Positions 38,643-60,035 of a DNA stretch of 64,000 nt are shown piece after piece. How positions within the stretch are numbered: position 1 is the first letter of the stretch; the number at the start of each line of letters is the position of its first letter. Source of the DNA: Paraspadella gotoi (taxonomy: Eukaryota > Animalia > Chaetognatha). The notes below the pieces were generated by a model. It was given only the letters and a program-made list of their open reading frames with translations, was not told the origin of the DNA and did no database searches. The translations under genes were made by a program, and so were the position numbers. The stretch covers positions 23,916,423 to 23,980,422 of the forward strand of contig CM119263.1 of the NCBI GenBank assembly GCA_051294375.1, read 5' to 3'.

Positions 38643-39860
38643 TGAGAAAGAGAGAGAGCTTTTTAGTCGGAGCTTGGCCGCATACAACCCAATGGTCAGA
38701 GGAGACAAATGGGGAAAAAGCATGAAAGATGAAGAAGACTCGAAGTTGGCGAGATAAGAGGGAAGTGGTGGGGGAAGAGGTGGGGGAGGGGTGGAGAGGA
38801 AGAGTGGGAACGGGAAGAGCGGAAGAGGAAGGGGCGAGCGCTGGGATTTAGAGAGTGGTCATCGGTCAGTGGTCAGGCCTTTCTTTAAATCCTCAAAGAC
38901 GAGTTGTTGTTGGAGAGAGTTGGGATTAAGGGGATGGAAAAGGGAGTGAGGATGGGCTTATCCTCTCCTCCAGATGGAGTCACTTGAAAGAAGAGAAGAG
39001 GATTTTTCTATCAAAGAAACCGCAAACGAATTTCGGACTTCGATGTCGGTCGGTCGGTCGGTCGGCTATATAAGTGCCGCGGCGGCCTGTCCAGTCAGAA
39101 CATGGGCAGAAACAAATGATGAAAAAATGCGGGGAAACCAAATGAAAGTTTAACCGCCGAGTGTCTGAGGCTTTTTTATAAGTGGTCTAAAGGTGAAAGG
39201 GGAATAAGAGAGAGAGAGAGATTCAGAGAGACCGCTCAATAGGAAAAAAAAAAAAAAACCTGCCGGAAGATAAAAGAGGAAGGAGGGAGTGATCCTTCCA
39301 GCCTTTTCTAAAGGCTGGAAAGGAACGTCGCAGAAAAAAAAAGAGAAAAAAAAAGGCATAAAGGACGGAAAATGGGACAGAAGGAAAACTAGTCGGGACT
39401 TTGGGCGAGGAAGTCGTCAAGGAGACTCGTTTTGGCGGGAAAACGTCGCGGAAATGGACAACGGACATTGCCAAGAATTCCAATTTATTTTTAACATTTA
39501 ACGTTTGACATAATTCATTTAAAAATAATTCAACAACTGTTAGCGGGAAATGTTTCTGCGATCTGCGCGTGTCTCGGAAAATCGTAAAATGTTTATCTTG
39601 GTACATTACTATCTGTAAGATTAAATTAGAATGTAAATCATGGATTGAGGAAGGGTTTAAGTAATACAACTTTCTCCTTCTCTCTCGATTTAAAAAAACT
39701 AGAAAACAAAATAAAAACAGGAAAAAAAAAAAGAAAAAGAAAAAAAATTGAAAAGAGAGAAAAAATGCAATAAACGGACGGATCTCTGGAATCAAGAGGA
39801 GAATCTCTCCAAGCAGATTTTCTAAATTGGACTCTCTCTCTCTCTATCTCTCTCTCTATT

Positions 39861-39907
<47 letters not shown>

Positions 39908-42900
39908 ATCTCTCTCTATCTCCCTCTATCTCTCTCTCTCTCTGCGTGACAGCCTGGTTTTCCCTTCTCTCTCTCTTTCTCTCTCTCCCAATCAGACTCT
40001 CTCTCTTTTCACTCCTTATCTCTCCCTCCCTCTCGAGTCTGATGTGAGGTGTCGCTCGTGATGTCGGTGAGATGATTTAGTGGCTGCATCCGTTTCGTCG
40101 CCTCAACAAATCTCCGCCGCTCGGATGAACGGCCGCGGAGTTTCCGTTCTTTGCGCCGTTGAATTTCATTATTTCACTCTGTATATGACCAGCGAATTTA
40201 ACAGAGAAGTCAAACAACAGTCATATTGGGAAGGACATGAAGACGATCGATATTCGACGACGACGACGACGACGACGACGTCAAAGACGATCGGCTTTTC
40301 CAGTGATTTGAAAATAATCCGTCGGATGTCGCCTAATTTCGAAGCGAGGCTCTGTCGGCGGCGAACGCCCCCCCTCCGCCAAACGCCCCCTTTTCCCCTC
40401 GAGATCGAGTTAAGCCGACGTGCGAAGCCGACGTTCGAAGCCGAAGATGAGAATGGAAACGAAGATAAACGCGTCCGCCTTTGTTCGATATGACAACGAC
40501 AACAGTCAAACCGACAAACCGACCAACTCCCCGACAAACAAAAATTCCGGGAATAGAATCCGGCGAAATATTTTCCTTTTCCCTCCAGAGATCGGGAACT
40601 AAAAATAAAAGAAAAGGCTGGAAAAGGGAAAAAAAAAGGGAAGGATCTGCCCCTTTGACTCTCTTCTCTCTTTCCCTCCCTTTTCCTTTTTTTCTTTCCT
40701 CTCTTCTCCCCCCCCCCTGCCTCCCTCCGAAGCTTTTTTCCACCGACGTTGACCTCGGGTTTGACTTTCGTCCCAAATCGGAGTCGGAATTCGACTAACG
40801 AACCACATCAGAGGTGAAAAGGCTGGAGAAGGTAAAGAGGCTGGAGTGAATGAGGTGAGGGAAGGTGGTGGGAAGGTCGGAGTTAAGGATAGGGGTTAGA
40901 GTGAAGGAGTGGAGGTTAAGAGGGCTGGAGTCGGGGCGCTCGGAGTGGTTAGGCTGGAAAAGATGGATAAAGGTCCAGTATTCTAGTCACAGTGGAGACG
41001 AGTCAAAACAGGACGGAACGGTTGACCTTTCTCCGAAGTTCGAAGTTCAGGAATGCCAGGCGAGAGGAAAATGTCGGAAAAATCCCCCGGAAGATCTGGG
41101 AACACCCGGATGCGAAATCTGGGTCTTTTAGTTCTCAAACCTAAAATTTTTCGATATAGAGGCCGTGATTGTCGAGATTCTGCCAATGAGGCTGATAATT
41201 TAAAAAAAAAAAAAAAAAACTTCTGGAAAAAAAAAATCGATGAGAAACTGCCTTGCAGCTTACTGCGGTGAATTCTTGTGACATTGAGAGGGTGAGATTC
41301 TGTGAATACCGATGCGAGATTCTGGTGAGACTGTGGTGAGAGTGAGAGTTAGACTGACGTCGAGTGAAAAGTTTCAAGAGTTCCTTCGCGATTCCAATCT
41401 TTTGGGAGAAAAACGAGGAATCGACGAGGAAGATTCCATTTTTGGCTTCTGTTTGGGTTCTTCGCCTCAATAACACGACCCGGAACTGACGCGCCAAAGA
41501 CGACGACGATGACGACGACGATGAAGAAAAGACGAGCCGGGCGGAGATATAGACCTGACGAGGATCATCGGCGACGGAGAGACGACGCAGGCGGATATAT
41601 AGACCTGACGACGACGACCATGGCTCTCGACATGACAAATATTCGCGTTCTCCCGCGATAAAAACATTTCCCCTGGATATTTGTATCTCGTTTCATTCTT
41701 CTTTGTTTACTTTTGGGAGTAAGATTCGAAACGCAGGAAAAAAATATTAAGTTTTGTCCTCAATAAGTTTAAGCCTTGTAATGTTGCGTACTCAAGTAGG
41801 TACTTTCAAAATGAAAAACCTGCTAAAATTATTTAAGGATTTTAATAAAATTTTCTGATTTTCCCCTTCATATTTGAGTGTAACGTATGGGACGTATTTA
41901 CATAGAAGATACCATTCAACCAGCACCCTTAAACCAGTTATAAAAAAATATCTGAAACTGAAATAATATAACATTTGCATAAAAAAAAGAACCTTTCTTC
42001 GGAGTTAATTATGAAAAAAAAAAGTAAAGAGGTAATAATTTCCTTATTGTGTAACTGAGAGGTCGTTTTGTTGTTTTTAATCGAGGAAAATGAAGGAAAA
42101 AAAGAGGAAGAGTAATTTTCTCTCTCCGTGAAATATCGCCGCCCGTTCGCGTCTTCACGAGACAAGTGAGGAAAAGGCAAAGTTTATTGCGCCTCAATCG
42201 CCAAAGTGGGTGACGAAGACGACGACGAAGATGGCCACGACGACGACGGTGACGACGACGAAGACGACGAAAACGTAACATCGATGATGACGATTTTTTT
42301 TTTCGACAACGACGTGGCTTCAGGATTAAGTCATTTCGGTTTCAAGACATTTCAAGTCAAGTAAGTTTGCCGTCCGTTTTCAAAGTTTCTCTTGAGATGC
42401 AACGATCGGGGACGGAAGTATTCAAAACATTTTTTTAGTTGCGCTTCAGAAAATTATTCGAAAAAAAATTTTGTATTATATTTGTAAATGTTAGAAACAT
42501 GAACGGATTTTTTTACTAGACGATATTCAAAGAGTAGGAAAAAAAACATGTATAATTATAAAGGAGAGATTAAATTGATTAGGGACAAAAAACTAGAAGT
42601 CAATGCAAAAAATTTAAATTTAGAAGGAGGAAAAAAATGTTGAAAATATTTTAAATGGGGAGAAAAAAATGAAAAGTGAAAAAGGAAAAAGGAAAAAATA
42701 TATAAAAAAGAAAAGTTTGGTTCTGTATCTTTTTCATTATACATTTATTTCTATTTTAACTTATTTTATTTAAAAAAAAACCGAAATATTACCTTACATT
42801 TTCGTCAATCATCCGGCAACTGTGACCCAAATGAGGACCCAAAAGAAATCACTCTTTACCAAAATATAATTACAAAATTTGGAAAATTCTAAAAATTATA

Positions 42901-43585
42901 ATAAATTTTAAAGATTTAAAATCCTAAAAAACGTTGCAATGTCTGAGGGTAAGTTCGACTAAAGCGATGCCGCGGATAAAAAAAACAAAAAACAGGAAAG
43001 TAGGAAAAAGTGAAGACGGAAGGAATTAAAAGTCGTGGGGAGGAATAATCAAGCCAAGGTATAAAAATTATGCGAGAGCATAAAACTATGCCTTGGTTAT
43101 AACGCCCTTTGGCAAGCGTTAAAATAAAAGAAGCTCTCAGAACGTCTTAAGAGTCTTGGGTGGGGGGGAGGCAGAGAAGGGAAGGCGATTTGAGTCAATT
43201 AATCGTTTATTAATGAAGATGAGGAAAAAAATATTAAATAAAACCAATTACGAAAGCCTTTTAATTTAACGTGCCACATCAGACAAAAGTCAATCTACTA
43301 CAATTTAATGATATTTAATCAAATCATAACATTTACTTTTATTGAGTCGATAATTTTTTTTTGCTTAGTGCTAAACCTTTTTAAAAATTCTAAACAGAAA
43401 GCCCCTTCATTCTTTGCCTTTGGTCCAAAATTTTTTTTTAAAAAAAATATAGAAATAATATGGGAAAAACGTTGTTTCTCTCGCCTTCGTTTGTGAAAAG
43501 TTGAAGGTCGACAAAACTTCCGTTGCTTCGCCTTCATTATCGCCATTCAAGTCGACACGTTGAGATTCACGTCGACTGACGTCCA

Positions 43586-43709
43586 TGACGTCATTCCAAA
43601 GCTCGTTACTCATTGGTCGTGACGTGATCGGAAACGAACGGCTATTGGTGGATAGGAAGCGCCGGGCGCCCATTGGTCGGACCCAGGACCGGGCGAAAGA
43701 GAGGATTGG
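43586..43709. promoter_or_regulatory. Promoter-like cluster: CRE palindrome plus four CCAAT boxes
   Basis: TGACGTCA at 43586-43593, TGACGTG at 43620, and ATTGG at 43612, 43644, 43672 and 43705 (spacing 32, 28, 33 bp), all in the same orientation. Confidence 0.45.
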
Positions 43710-44516
43710 GCGAGTGGGGATCGAGGTCGAGTGGGAGGAAGGGAAAAGAGAGGGAAAAAGGAAAGAAAAAGAGAAGAGAGCGAATACGCTACCTCCAAAC
43801 ATTTCTTAAAAACGTTTTGTTGTTCCTTCGGTTTTTTTTTTGTTTTTTTTTTTGGCGTTTTCTCGAATTCCTTTCATGTTACTATTTACGGTACACATCC
43901 GGGGAAGTGGGAGGAACGAGGGAGGAAAGGAGGCGGAAATTGTTTTCTTCTTTCGCGTTTAAGGTTCCTTTTTTAGACGATTAAATCGAAGGAAGAAACG
44001 CTCATTTAAATTCACTCTCTCTCTCTCCCTTTTTCTTTCTCTCTTTCTCTCTGTCTCTCTCTTCCTCTCTCGCATCTCTTTCTCTCGTCGTCTCTTCTCT
44101 CTCTGTATCTTCTTCTTTTTTCTCTCATTTCTGGGTTCCTCCTTGCGCGCTCTTTCTCAGTCTATCTCACTCTGCTCTTTCTCGATCTCTCTGTTCCGTC
44201 CCTCTCTCGTCTTTCTTCTGTCTCTACTCTCTCTGTCATCTCTTCTTCTCTCGCTCTCTCTTTCTCTGCTCTCTTTCTCTCTCTTTGCTTTCCTCTCTCT
44301 ATCTCTCATACTCTCCTCTCTCTCTCGTCTCTCTCTCTCTCCTTGTCTCTTCTCTCATCCCTCTACTCTCTCATTAGATCTCATAAAAGGATTAAAAAAC
44401 CCTCCGTTTTCCGGACTCATCTTTCAAGGTCACAATAGGCCTCTCATTATTGTTGAGATGAACTATCAGACCAGTATTTATGTTAAAGCGGGGCGGAGGG
44501 GGGCAACTATAGCAGA

Positions 44517-44879
44517 AGCTTAGTAGGGTGGATGACGGAAATATCACAGGGCCCTGTCGCTATCGGGAGCCAGAACGACTTACACCATATAAGAGCTTAG
44601 TAGGGTGGATTGACGGAAAATATCAACAGGGCCTCGCTATCGAGCCAGAACGACTTAGACTATAAGAGCTTAGTAGGGTGGATGACGGAAAATATGCAAC
44701 AGGCCTCGCTATCGAGGCCAGAAGCGACTACAACTATAAGACTTTAGTAGGGTGGAATTGACGGAAAGATATCACAGAGGGCCTCGCTATCAGCCAGAAC
44801 GACTAACATAAGAAGGCTTAGTAGGGTGGATGACGGAAAATATCAGCAATGGGCCGTCGGCTATCGGAGGCCAGAACGG
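44517..44879. repeat. Tandem minisatellite, ~74-bp unit, about 5 copies
   Basis: Unit approximately gcttagtagggtggatgacggaaaatatcaacagggcctcgctatcgagccagaacgacttacaactataaga, repeated head-to-tail. Copies differ mostly by 1-2 nt indels. Confidence 0.92.
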
Positions 44880-45038
44880 GGGGGGGAATCGCGTCAGGGA
44901 AAAAATAAAGAAAAAAATTCAATGGTTACCGAACTTTATTCCTCCCATCATTTCTAGAGATAAAAAGTCAATTTCTCGTGATTATAATATGCAAATGACA
45001 TCCTGGACGGGTGCTGCTAGCGGAAAGGGGAAACTGAA

Positions 45039-52810
<7,772 letters not shown>

Positions 52811-53805
52811 GAGGGAATTAGAGTTGAAGTGAAAATAAATATGTCGAGATAGTTCTATCAGGAATCAATATTATTTTCGTCATGAATCTAAACATTTTTT
52901 TGTATAACAGCTTGTTTGTCAAATTAATGATTAATTTTATATTGGTTGTACTTTAAGCTAAATAAATATATCTATTATACAAATAAAATTTTCGTATTCT
53001 TTCGTGGTCGTCTTTCTTCTTTAACTCCTGAGAATAAAACGAACAGCGAAAAAAAACCGAGAAGAAGAAGAAGAGGGAAAAAAAAAGTGTAAAGCTTCAT
53101 GGAAATTCTGTCAAGCTGAAAAAGATCTCGCGAACAAACAGCGCGGAAAAACCTGTTTGGGCCAATGGGGGTCGGCGGGTGAAGAGGGTCAGGGGGGAGG
53201 GGGGGTGATGGGGGGAGAGGTGGGGCTTGGCTGGATTGGGGGGAGGGAAGTGGGTTTACTGGAAGAGGAGTTAGATATAGTGAATATTTTATAATTATTG
53301 AAAAGCAATCGATTTAAAAATAGAAAGGTAAAAAAAAAATAAACAGTCAAAGAAACAGAGAGTGGCAAAAAAAATCTTAAGTGAAAGAAGATTTAAAAAA
53401 TAGTCTTGTAAGGGAGGAAAAAAGAAAAAAAGGAAAACTTTGAAAGAAATGTCGATATTCGGCGCTGGGCGTTGGCGAATGAGATAAAGACGGAGATGTT
53501 TAGGATAGAAAAATAAAATAGAAAGAGAAGCGAAGGAATATAAAGATGGAAATGAAGAAGAAGCGAGAGATAAACCGGAAGCGGGTGAACGGACCGCGAT
53601 GTTGTCATGCGAGACGATGACCCGCACGAGGGTCAGCGACGCCCTCGGACGCGTAACCATGGCGACAGCGGAGAAAGTGGGACAAAACGGAGAGAACTGG
53701 ACCCAAGAATTTCCTGGCCGCCTAAACCATAACCATTTGACTTTTTCTGTTTATTTTTTTTTATCCTGAAAATGCGCGGAGTAAAATTTTTTTAAAATAG
53801 GCTAT

Positions 53806-54068
53806 TGTGGCAGCCTTGAACAGTGACCTCTCAAGCTAACAACTGACAGAGATTCTCTCTCTCTCTCTCTCTCTCTCCTCTCTTTCCCTCACCAATGGGG
53901 TTTCACGACTTATCTTTTGTTTACCATGTCTGAACCATGTCCTCATGTTTGTTCTTTTCTTGTAAAAGTGGACCAGAACGTAGTATTGATTTTGATTATG
54001 CTTTTCACTTTTGAGAGAATAAATCATTCTCTGTCTCAACCTTTGTGTCGTCTCATCCTCCTGCCACA
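53806..54068 (+). repeat. 5' LTR of Gypsy element
   Basis: Begins TGTGGCAG and ends CTGCCACA, contains a CT tract and AATAAA, and aligns by eye with 59753-60035. Confidence 0.85.
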
Positions 54069-57000
54069 CGTGGTGAATGCCCAACGTATTAAAAAACACA
54101 AAAAAAGAACAAAAAAAACAAAAAAACAAAAAAAACAAAAAACAAAACTTTTCTCGTTAATAAATAAAAATAAAAAATAAAAGAACAAACTAAACGAGAA
54201 GAAGAACTAAACCAAACTTGAACCCTTGGCTTCGAAAGGCAACTGGCTTTTTCGTCCATCGCCCTTCTACCCCGGCTGACGAAGAAGAAGGACGATGGTT
54301 TCAAACGCCGCAACAGCTCCAGGCCGGACGGCGCCGGCACGACGACGCCTTTCAAGACGCCAACCTGCCGCCAAACGACCGTAACTCTGGAATTCTAGCC
54401 GAAGCAGTCGCCGCCGATCCAAAAGACAGATTCAGTGACAATGGCGCGCGAGAATAACGCCGCCTCCAAATGATTCAAGTCTCACCATCCCTGACCTCCC
54501 GCCCCATAATCATAGCGATGACGCCGGCGACACTTCTCGACCCAGAAGACGCCGTCCCCCACGCCCCAGAACACCAAAACTACGAACTTTCGATCCCGAC
54601 AACGTGAAGAATGGATAATGGCGGCGGGATACCGCTTTTCGAAATGTGGGCCGACGTCCAAGATGACCCGCACAAAAAAGGTGCATGCTCTCGCGCGATC
54701 CCAACGGACGCCACGACATCTCGACTGGAAATCGCAAGACAAGTCTCCGCGAGCCTATTGGCCCGCCTTCACGGCCCACCTTTCAAAGGCATTTATGGCG
54801 ACGCAAACCTCAACGCGCCGCGAAGCCTGCTCAAGATGTCGTTCGCTCAGGGGAAACACTCCTCTCCAACACCTCGCCGCCTTGAAACCCAGGGCACAAG
54901 GCCTCACGGTTGACGCGTCCTCGAGCCCTTGTTGGTCGCCTCCTTCCAATTCTGTTCGCGACCACGTCTTGGAGATGAAACCATCTTGATGACGTCGCAA
55001 AAACGGCAACAACTCTATACTCCAGCTGGAAATCTCCGCAACCCGACCGTCAAGCGCCTCAGTCAATGCAATAGCCACCCACGTTCTCCTCTGAAAGCTG
55101 TGATGATGACGCCTATGATCCCCCAGAGGAATTTTCAGACGGGACGAACGCCACCACGCCTATATGATGCCAACGCGGTCAAGAGAACTTTTTCACGAAC
55201 CTCCATTGCCGGCCTCAGGAACCAACAACACACGACATCAGCACACGACCTCAAAGAACCCAACGCTACGACTTTCGTTGAAAACATCCACTCCCTCAAG
55301 GCGGAAACAAGATGCTGTTTCTATCACTAACTACGGCAGAAGGCTCAACAGAAATTTTACCGATGGGCCCCCTTTGCCCTATGGCGGTCAAACACCAACG
55401 CGGCGGCCGTTAGTCGCCCGCCGTCGCCGGCCATACTACTCAAATCTCTTTTACCTGCGCGACCAGAACGCCGGCTGTGGGTGGCTTGTTGACGGCGGCC
55501 TCCGAAGCAACCTCTTACCTGCACAAATTGGATCGCGCAAAAGGCAGCAGCTGACCCAGCTGCCGTCAAAGCTGCACTCGCCCGCTCATTTTCCTACCCT
55601 CCACGCCCGCTAACAACACGCCTATCATGGTCTATGTGGCATCCAAGAGATGCAAATCCGTCTCGGCACTCGAACTTACCTTACCATGTTGCTCCCGCCG
55701 ACTTCGCCACGCCCATCTAGGAGCCGACTTTCTAATCGCCAACATCACTCGGAGTTGGACCATCGGCGCCGCATCCTTTACTAAATTCTCGATGACTTTT
55801 ACGTCATGCGGGCATGCAGGAAAATCCACTTCAGCCACACCTCCTCGAATTCACCACGGTCCGCGACGCCTTACTCTTCCCTCCTTGACAAGCCGTTCCA
55901 GAGTTGACTAAACTCGTTTTCAACGCAACGACCACCCAAACACGGAGTGGAACACCAAATTCCAACAAAAAGGCCCCACAACCCGTCCACGCTCGCGCCA
56001 GGCGCCTTTGCACCAGATCAACTCGCTGCACCAAAAAGTGAGTTCCAGAAAATGAAGAGCTCGGTTATAATTCCGCCGCTCCACATCCGCCTGGGCATCT
56101 CCTCTCCACGTTACCCGTAAACCAGACGGCTCCTTACGCCCTGGAGATACAGGCGCCTCAACGGCGCTACCATCGATGACCGCTACCCTATTTCGCCACT
56201 TGATGGATTTCAACGCAGACGTTGCAGGGAAAACGGTTCTTTTCAAAATTGATCTCTGCAGAGGCGATACACCAAATCCCTGTGGCAAAAGCAGACCGCC
56301 ACAAAATGCCAATATCACTCCATTTGGCGACTGTATGAATTCTATCATGCCATCGTCTCAAAAACGCTGCACAAGATTTTTTCAGCGCCATGATGGACAG
56401 GTCCTGGGAGGATCCCTCATGTGTCTTGTCTATCTAGATGACCTCCTCGTTCGCTTCAAGTTCCCACGAGGAACACCAAGAGGACCTCAGGCGCGTTTTC
56501 AATGCCCTGGCGACAATGGACTTGTAGTTAACCGCCGCCAAGTGCGAAGTGCCGTCTTTGGAGCGCTCAAGTCTGAATTTCTCGGTTAATCATGTCGACC
56601 AAAATGGGATTAAACCCCTACAGCAAAAAGTTGAAGCTATTCGGAACATGCCCACACCTTCCTCATCAAAGGAACTGCCAGCCGCTCTTTGGCTATGACT
56701 AAACTATTACCGTCCTTTGTCCCCAACGCCGTCGACACCTTGCTGCCACTCAACGAACTCCTTCAGGGCAAGCGCCGCACGGTTTCGTTGGACAACAACG
56801 CAAGAAGAAGCATTCACTCGCATTTCAAAGACGCTCTGGCTGATGCCACTTTGCTTGTCCATCCAATATTATTGGTGCCCACTTGCGCTGACGGGTCGAC
56901 GGCACAGTCAGACGTCCGCAATTTGGCGCCGTCCTGGAACAACTGTAGACGCCTCTGGCAACCTGCTAGGTTTCTACTCCAGGGAGGACTAAAACCGGTC

Positions 57001-59752
57001 GCAGCGTAAATGGCCCCCTTGACAAAAGAACTTTTCGCGCGCAGCAGCTCCATCCGTCATTTCCGGCTTACGTTGGAAGGGCGCCGTTTTACGACTTTTT
57101 ACAGGCATCACTTTCGACTCGTCCCGGCCCTCCGCCAAAAAATCGGAGCCACATACAATGCGACAAACCTACCAACTGGCGGGCATCGCCGAGTTACTGG
57201 CCGACATCAGCCATTTAGCCGCGAAAGGCCAACGTTGTTCGACACCCTTTCTCGGCCGCCAGGTTCACTCCCTCACCAAACTCCAGATCCGTTCAAACGA
57301 ACAAAACGACAACCGCGCAAAGGATGACATCATTGAACTGTCAACGCGATCGGCGCCCTCAGCGTCAATCTAAATTCAATGCACTGATCAATGAATTCAG
57401 ACGAGGATGTTCCAGCCAGCCTCGCAACGATCCTCACACAGCGCTCAACCAAACGCATCAACATAGGTCAGGCCTCGCTTCGGTCTGCCGACTACCTCTG
57501 GAACCCGCGCAAGACCCTTGTCCCTGCAACGTGGCGCAGGCGATGTTTTTGACGCCACCCACAATGTTGGACATCCCGGAATAAAAGCACAAAGAGCTAA
57601 TCTCCAAGAGATTCGTGGCGATCCGTTTCAAGTGACGTGGACGCTGGGCGGCCGCATGCGACCACAGCCAGCGCGGGCAAAGATTCAAAAACACAATCCG
57701 CCGCCCCTCTCCAACAGTTTCGAACGCAACCCGCCGCATTCGCGCCGTCCACGTCGACCTCGTATGGCCCCCTTCACCAGCTTCCGGTCACACTCACCTT
57801 CTCACGATAATCGACCGTTTCACGCGCTTGGCCGGAAGTGGCGCCACTCGCGAAACGACGGCCGCATCAATTGCTAATGCTTTTCTCCTTCACTGGGTGG
57901 CCCGTTTTGCATCCCTCTATCGTCACCACGGATCGAGGAGCCGCAGTGTCACGTCAGAGCTTTGGCCCAAGTAGCAGCTGTTAGGTGGGATTCGACCCCA
58001 CTACAACAACTGGCCGTACCACCCCCAGGCCAATGGCATGGTGGAGCCCTCCACCGCACAATGAAAGCGTCACTCCCGCACGATGCGACGCAGTGGAGTG
58101 AAAAACTGGCTTAAACAAACTCCCCTGACACTTTCTTAGCAATACCGCCCGCCACACCTCGTGACGACGCCGATATTTTCTGCCAAGCAGAAATTGGCAG
58201 CTCGGAAAAGACCACTAACACTAACCCGCTGGCTCAATATACTTCCCCGGGTTTTCCCGCGGCACGTACTGATAGCGTCCTCAAGGTCTGACGCTACACT
58301 ATAGTGCCGATCAAGCACGCCAGCGCGCGTAAATCCTTGAGACTGGCGTGCCGACGTCTAACTGGACTCAGCGCCGCTCCCCGCCCGTCTTAGCCACCGC
58401 CCGGTTCGCCCGCCAACTAACCAGTCCCAAATCCTACCTCACGCGCTTCCCGGGCGGTTCTCACGTTCGAAACCCATGTAAAAGAAATAGAAGGGAAATA
58501 TTCATTTTTTATACAAATTATGCATAAATAAGCGCTAAAAAATCTTGACAATAAAATAATTAGGAAAAAAAGTTATAGCAAAAAAAAAAGATTAAATTTA
58601 AGTTAATAAAATGCGCAGCAGGAATACAAAGCGGCATTTACAGTAGGATTTTTCTCGTTTTGTAACATTTCGTGAACAGATACTATTCAACTGTTAAATT
58701 AAAAAAGATTAAGTGATAGTCGGTTTAAAGTCTCGGTCTGGCATTTTATATGATATATAATTCAACATACTTGTTAATGAGTCTTGCTTTATTTAGCTGA
58801 TTGTCTATTAAGAGATCAAATTTGAAACCTCGAATACAAGTTTTCTCATGATTAAAAGAAGGTCTACTCTAGCTCTCTTACTAAATTAAAGCGACCAATA
58901 ATAAACTCCACTCGCACTATAGGTTCGGTACCATACCGCAACGATGTTCTTCAGAGCGATTCACTCAGGCATTTAATTCCTCTCTTTAAAATGAGAAAAA
59001 ATCCTTATAGTTAATTTTCAAATATAAAAATTACCAACTGAAAGCTAAAAAATGTAAATCTAAGCGTTATTAAAAAACTTGTAAGCCATTAATCATATTA
59101 TTGTCGGAGATTGCACGAGAAACAAAACTGAACCGTATATGTTCGATCATACTCTGACGCCTATATATCATGTGCACAGGTCACTAGACAAACATGTTAC
59201 TTAATCCGCAAATTATACAATACGTATAAGACCACCACCACTCGCCGGGTCCGATGTTCGATTATTCGTCCCTTGTTTTTATTTTCTGTTGTGAATTAAT
59301 GAAACGCTAAATATGTCACACAAGCATAACTCCTCCGAATAAACCAATTTCAACCATCACGAAAAGGAGCTCAGGTACGATAGCGCGCCCACTCGAGTGT
59401 ACAGCAGTTTCTGCAGAAACTAACACCCCCATTTTGTCTCGTAATACTCGAGATCTCAGCTCGACATTCGGATGGCCCTAAATATGTCAAAAAACCGTAT
59501 CGTAGTAGACCTATCAGCCAGCCCGACGATCACTCACTTGACTGTCAATAGGAAATAAACATTTATAAGTCCGTATATACCCTGAACACGTTACGAATCG
59601 TGCAGCGCCAAATACAAAAAGAGGCCGATATAACACATAAATGCTCATCCAAACATCCCTTCCCACTCGATGCTCACCCACCCGACGACGACAGATGGAT
59701 CAACAACTCTCCATAGCCTTCTCTCGCTGCGGTCGAGTCTAAGCGGGGCGGA

Positions 59753-60035
59753 TGTGTGCAGCCCTTGCAACACCGTGACCTTCAATTCAACAACTTGACA
59801 CAGGATTCTCTCTCCTCTCTCTCTCTCTCCTCTCTCTTCGCCTTCACCACATGCGGTTTCACGACTTATCTGTTGTTTTACCACTGTCCTGAACTGTCTC
59901 ATGTTTGTTTCCTTTGTCTTGTTAAACTAGTGACCAGACGTAGTATTGATTGATTGCTTTTCCACCCTTCTCCTCTGAGAGAATAAATCCTTCTCTGTCT
60001 CTCAACCTTGTGTCGTTATCACATCTCCTGCCACA
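59753..60035 (+). repeat. 3' LTR of Gypsy element
   Basis: Shares blocks gtttcacgacttatct, ctcatgtttgtt, cgtagtattgatt, gagagaataaatc and ctcctgccaca with the 5' LTR; preceded by a PPT-like tract. Confidence 0.85.

Larger units (their letters stand above)
53806..60035 (+). mobile_element. Ty3/Gypsy LTR retrotransposon, LTR-to-LTR, gag-pol frameshifted (CsRn1/Kabuki-like by inference)
   Basis: Paired similar LTRs at 53806-54068 and ~59753-60035, with TG...CA ends and TGTGGCAG/CTGCCACA terminal inverted repeats. PBS-like TGGTGA follows the 5' LTR; purine-rich tract AGCGGGGCGGA precedes the 3' LTR. Pol fragments in Gypsy order: protease WLVDGG (~55480), RT FKIDL and VYLDDLLV (~56240-56450), RNase H-like segment, integrase HNVGHPGIKA (~57560), TIIDRF, TTDRG, YHPQANGMVE (~58020). 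Flanks are CTAT/GTAT, an imperfect 4-bp TSD. Confidence 0.9.

Noticed and set aside
41540-41620. Two copies of ggcgga.atatagacctgacga about 51 bp apart
   Set aside because: A short local duplication with only two copies and no associated structure.
44517-44879. Regularly spaced repeat resembling a CRISPR array
   Set aside because: The whole unit repeats with no unique spacers, there are no cas genes, and the context is eukaryotic. It is a minisatellite.
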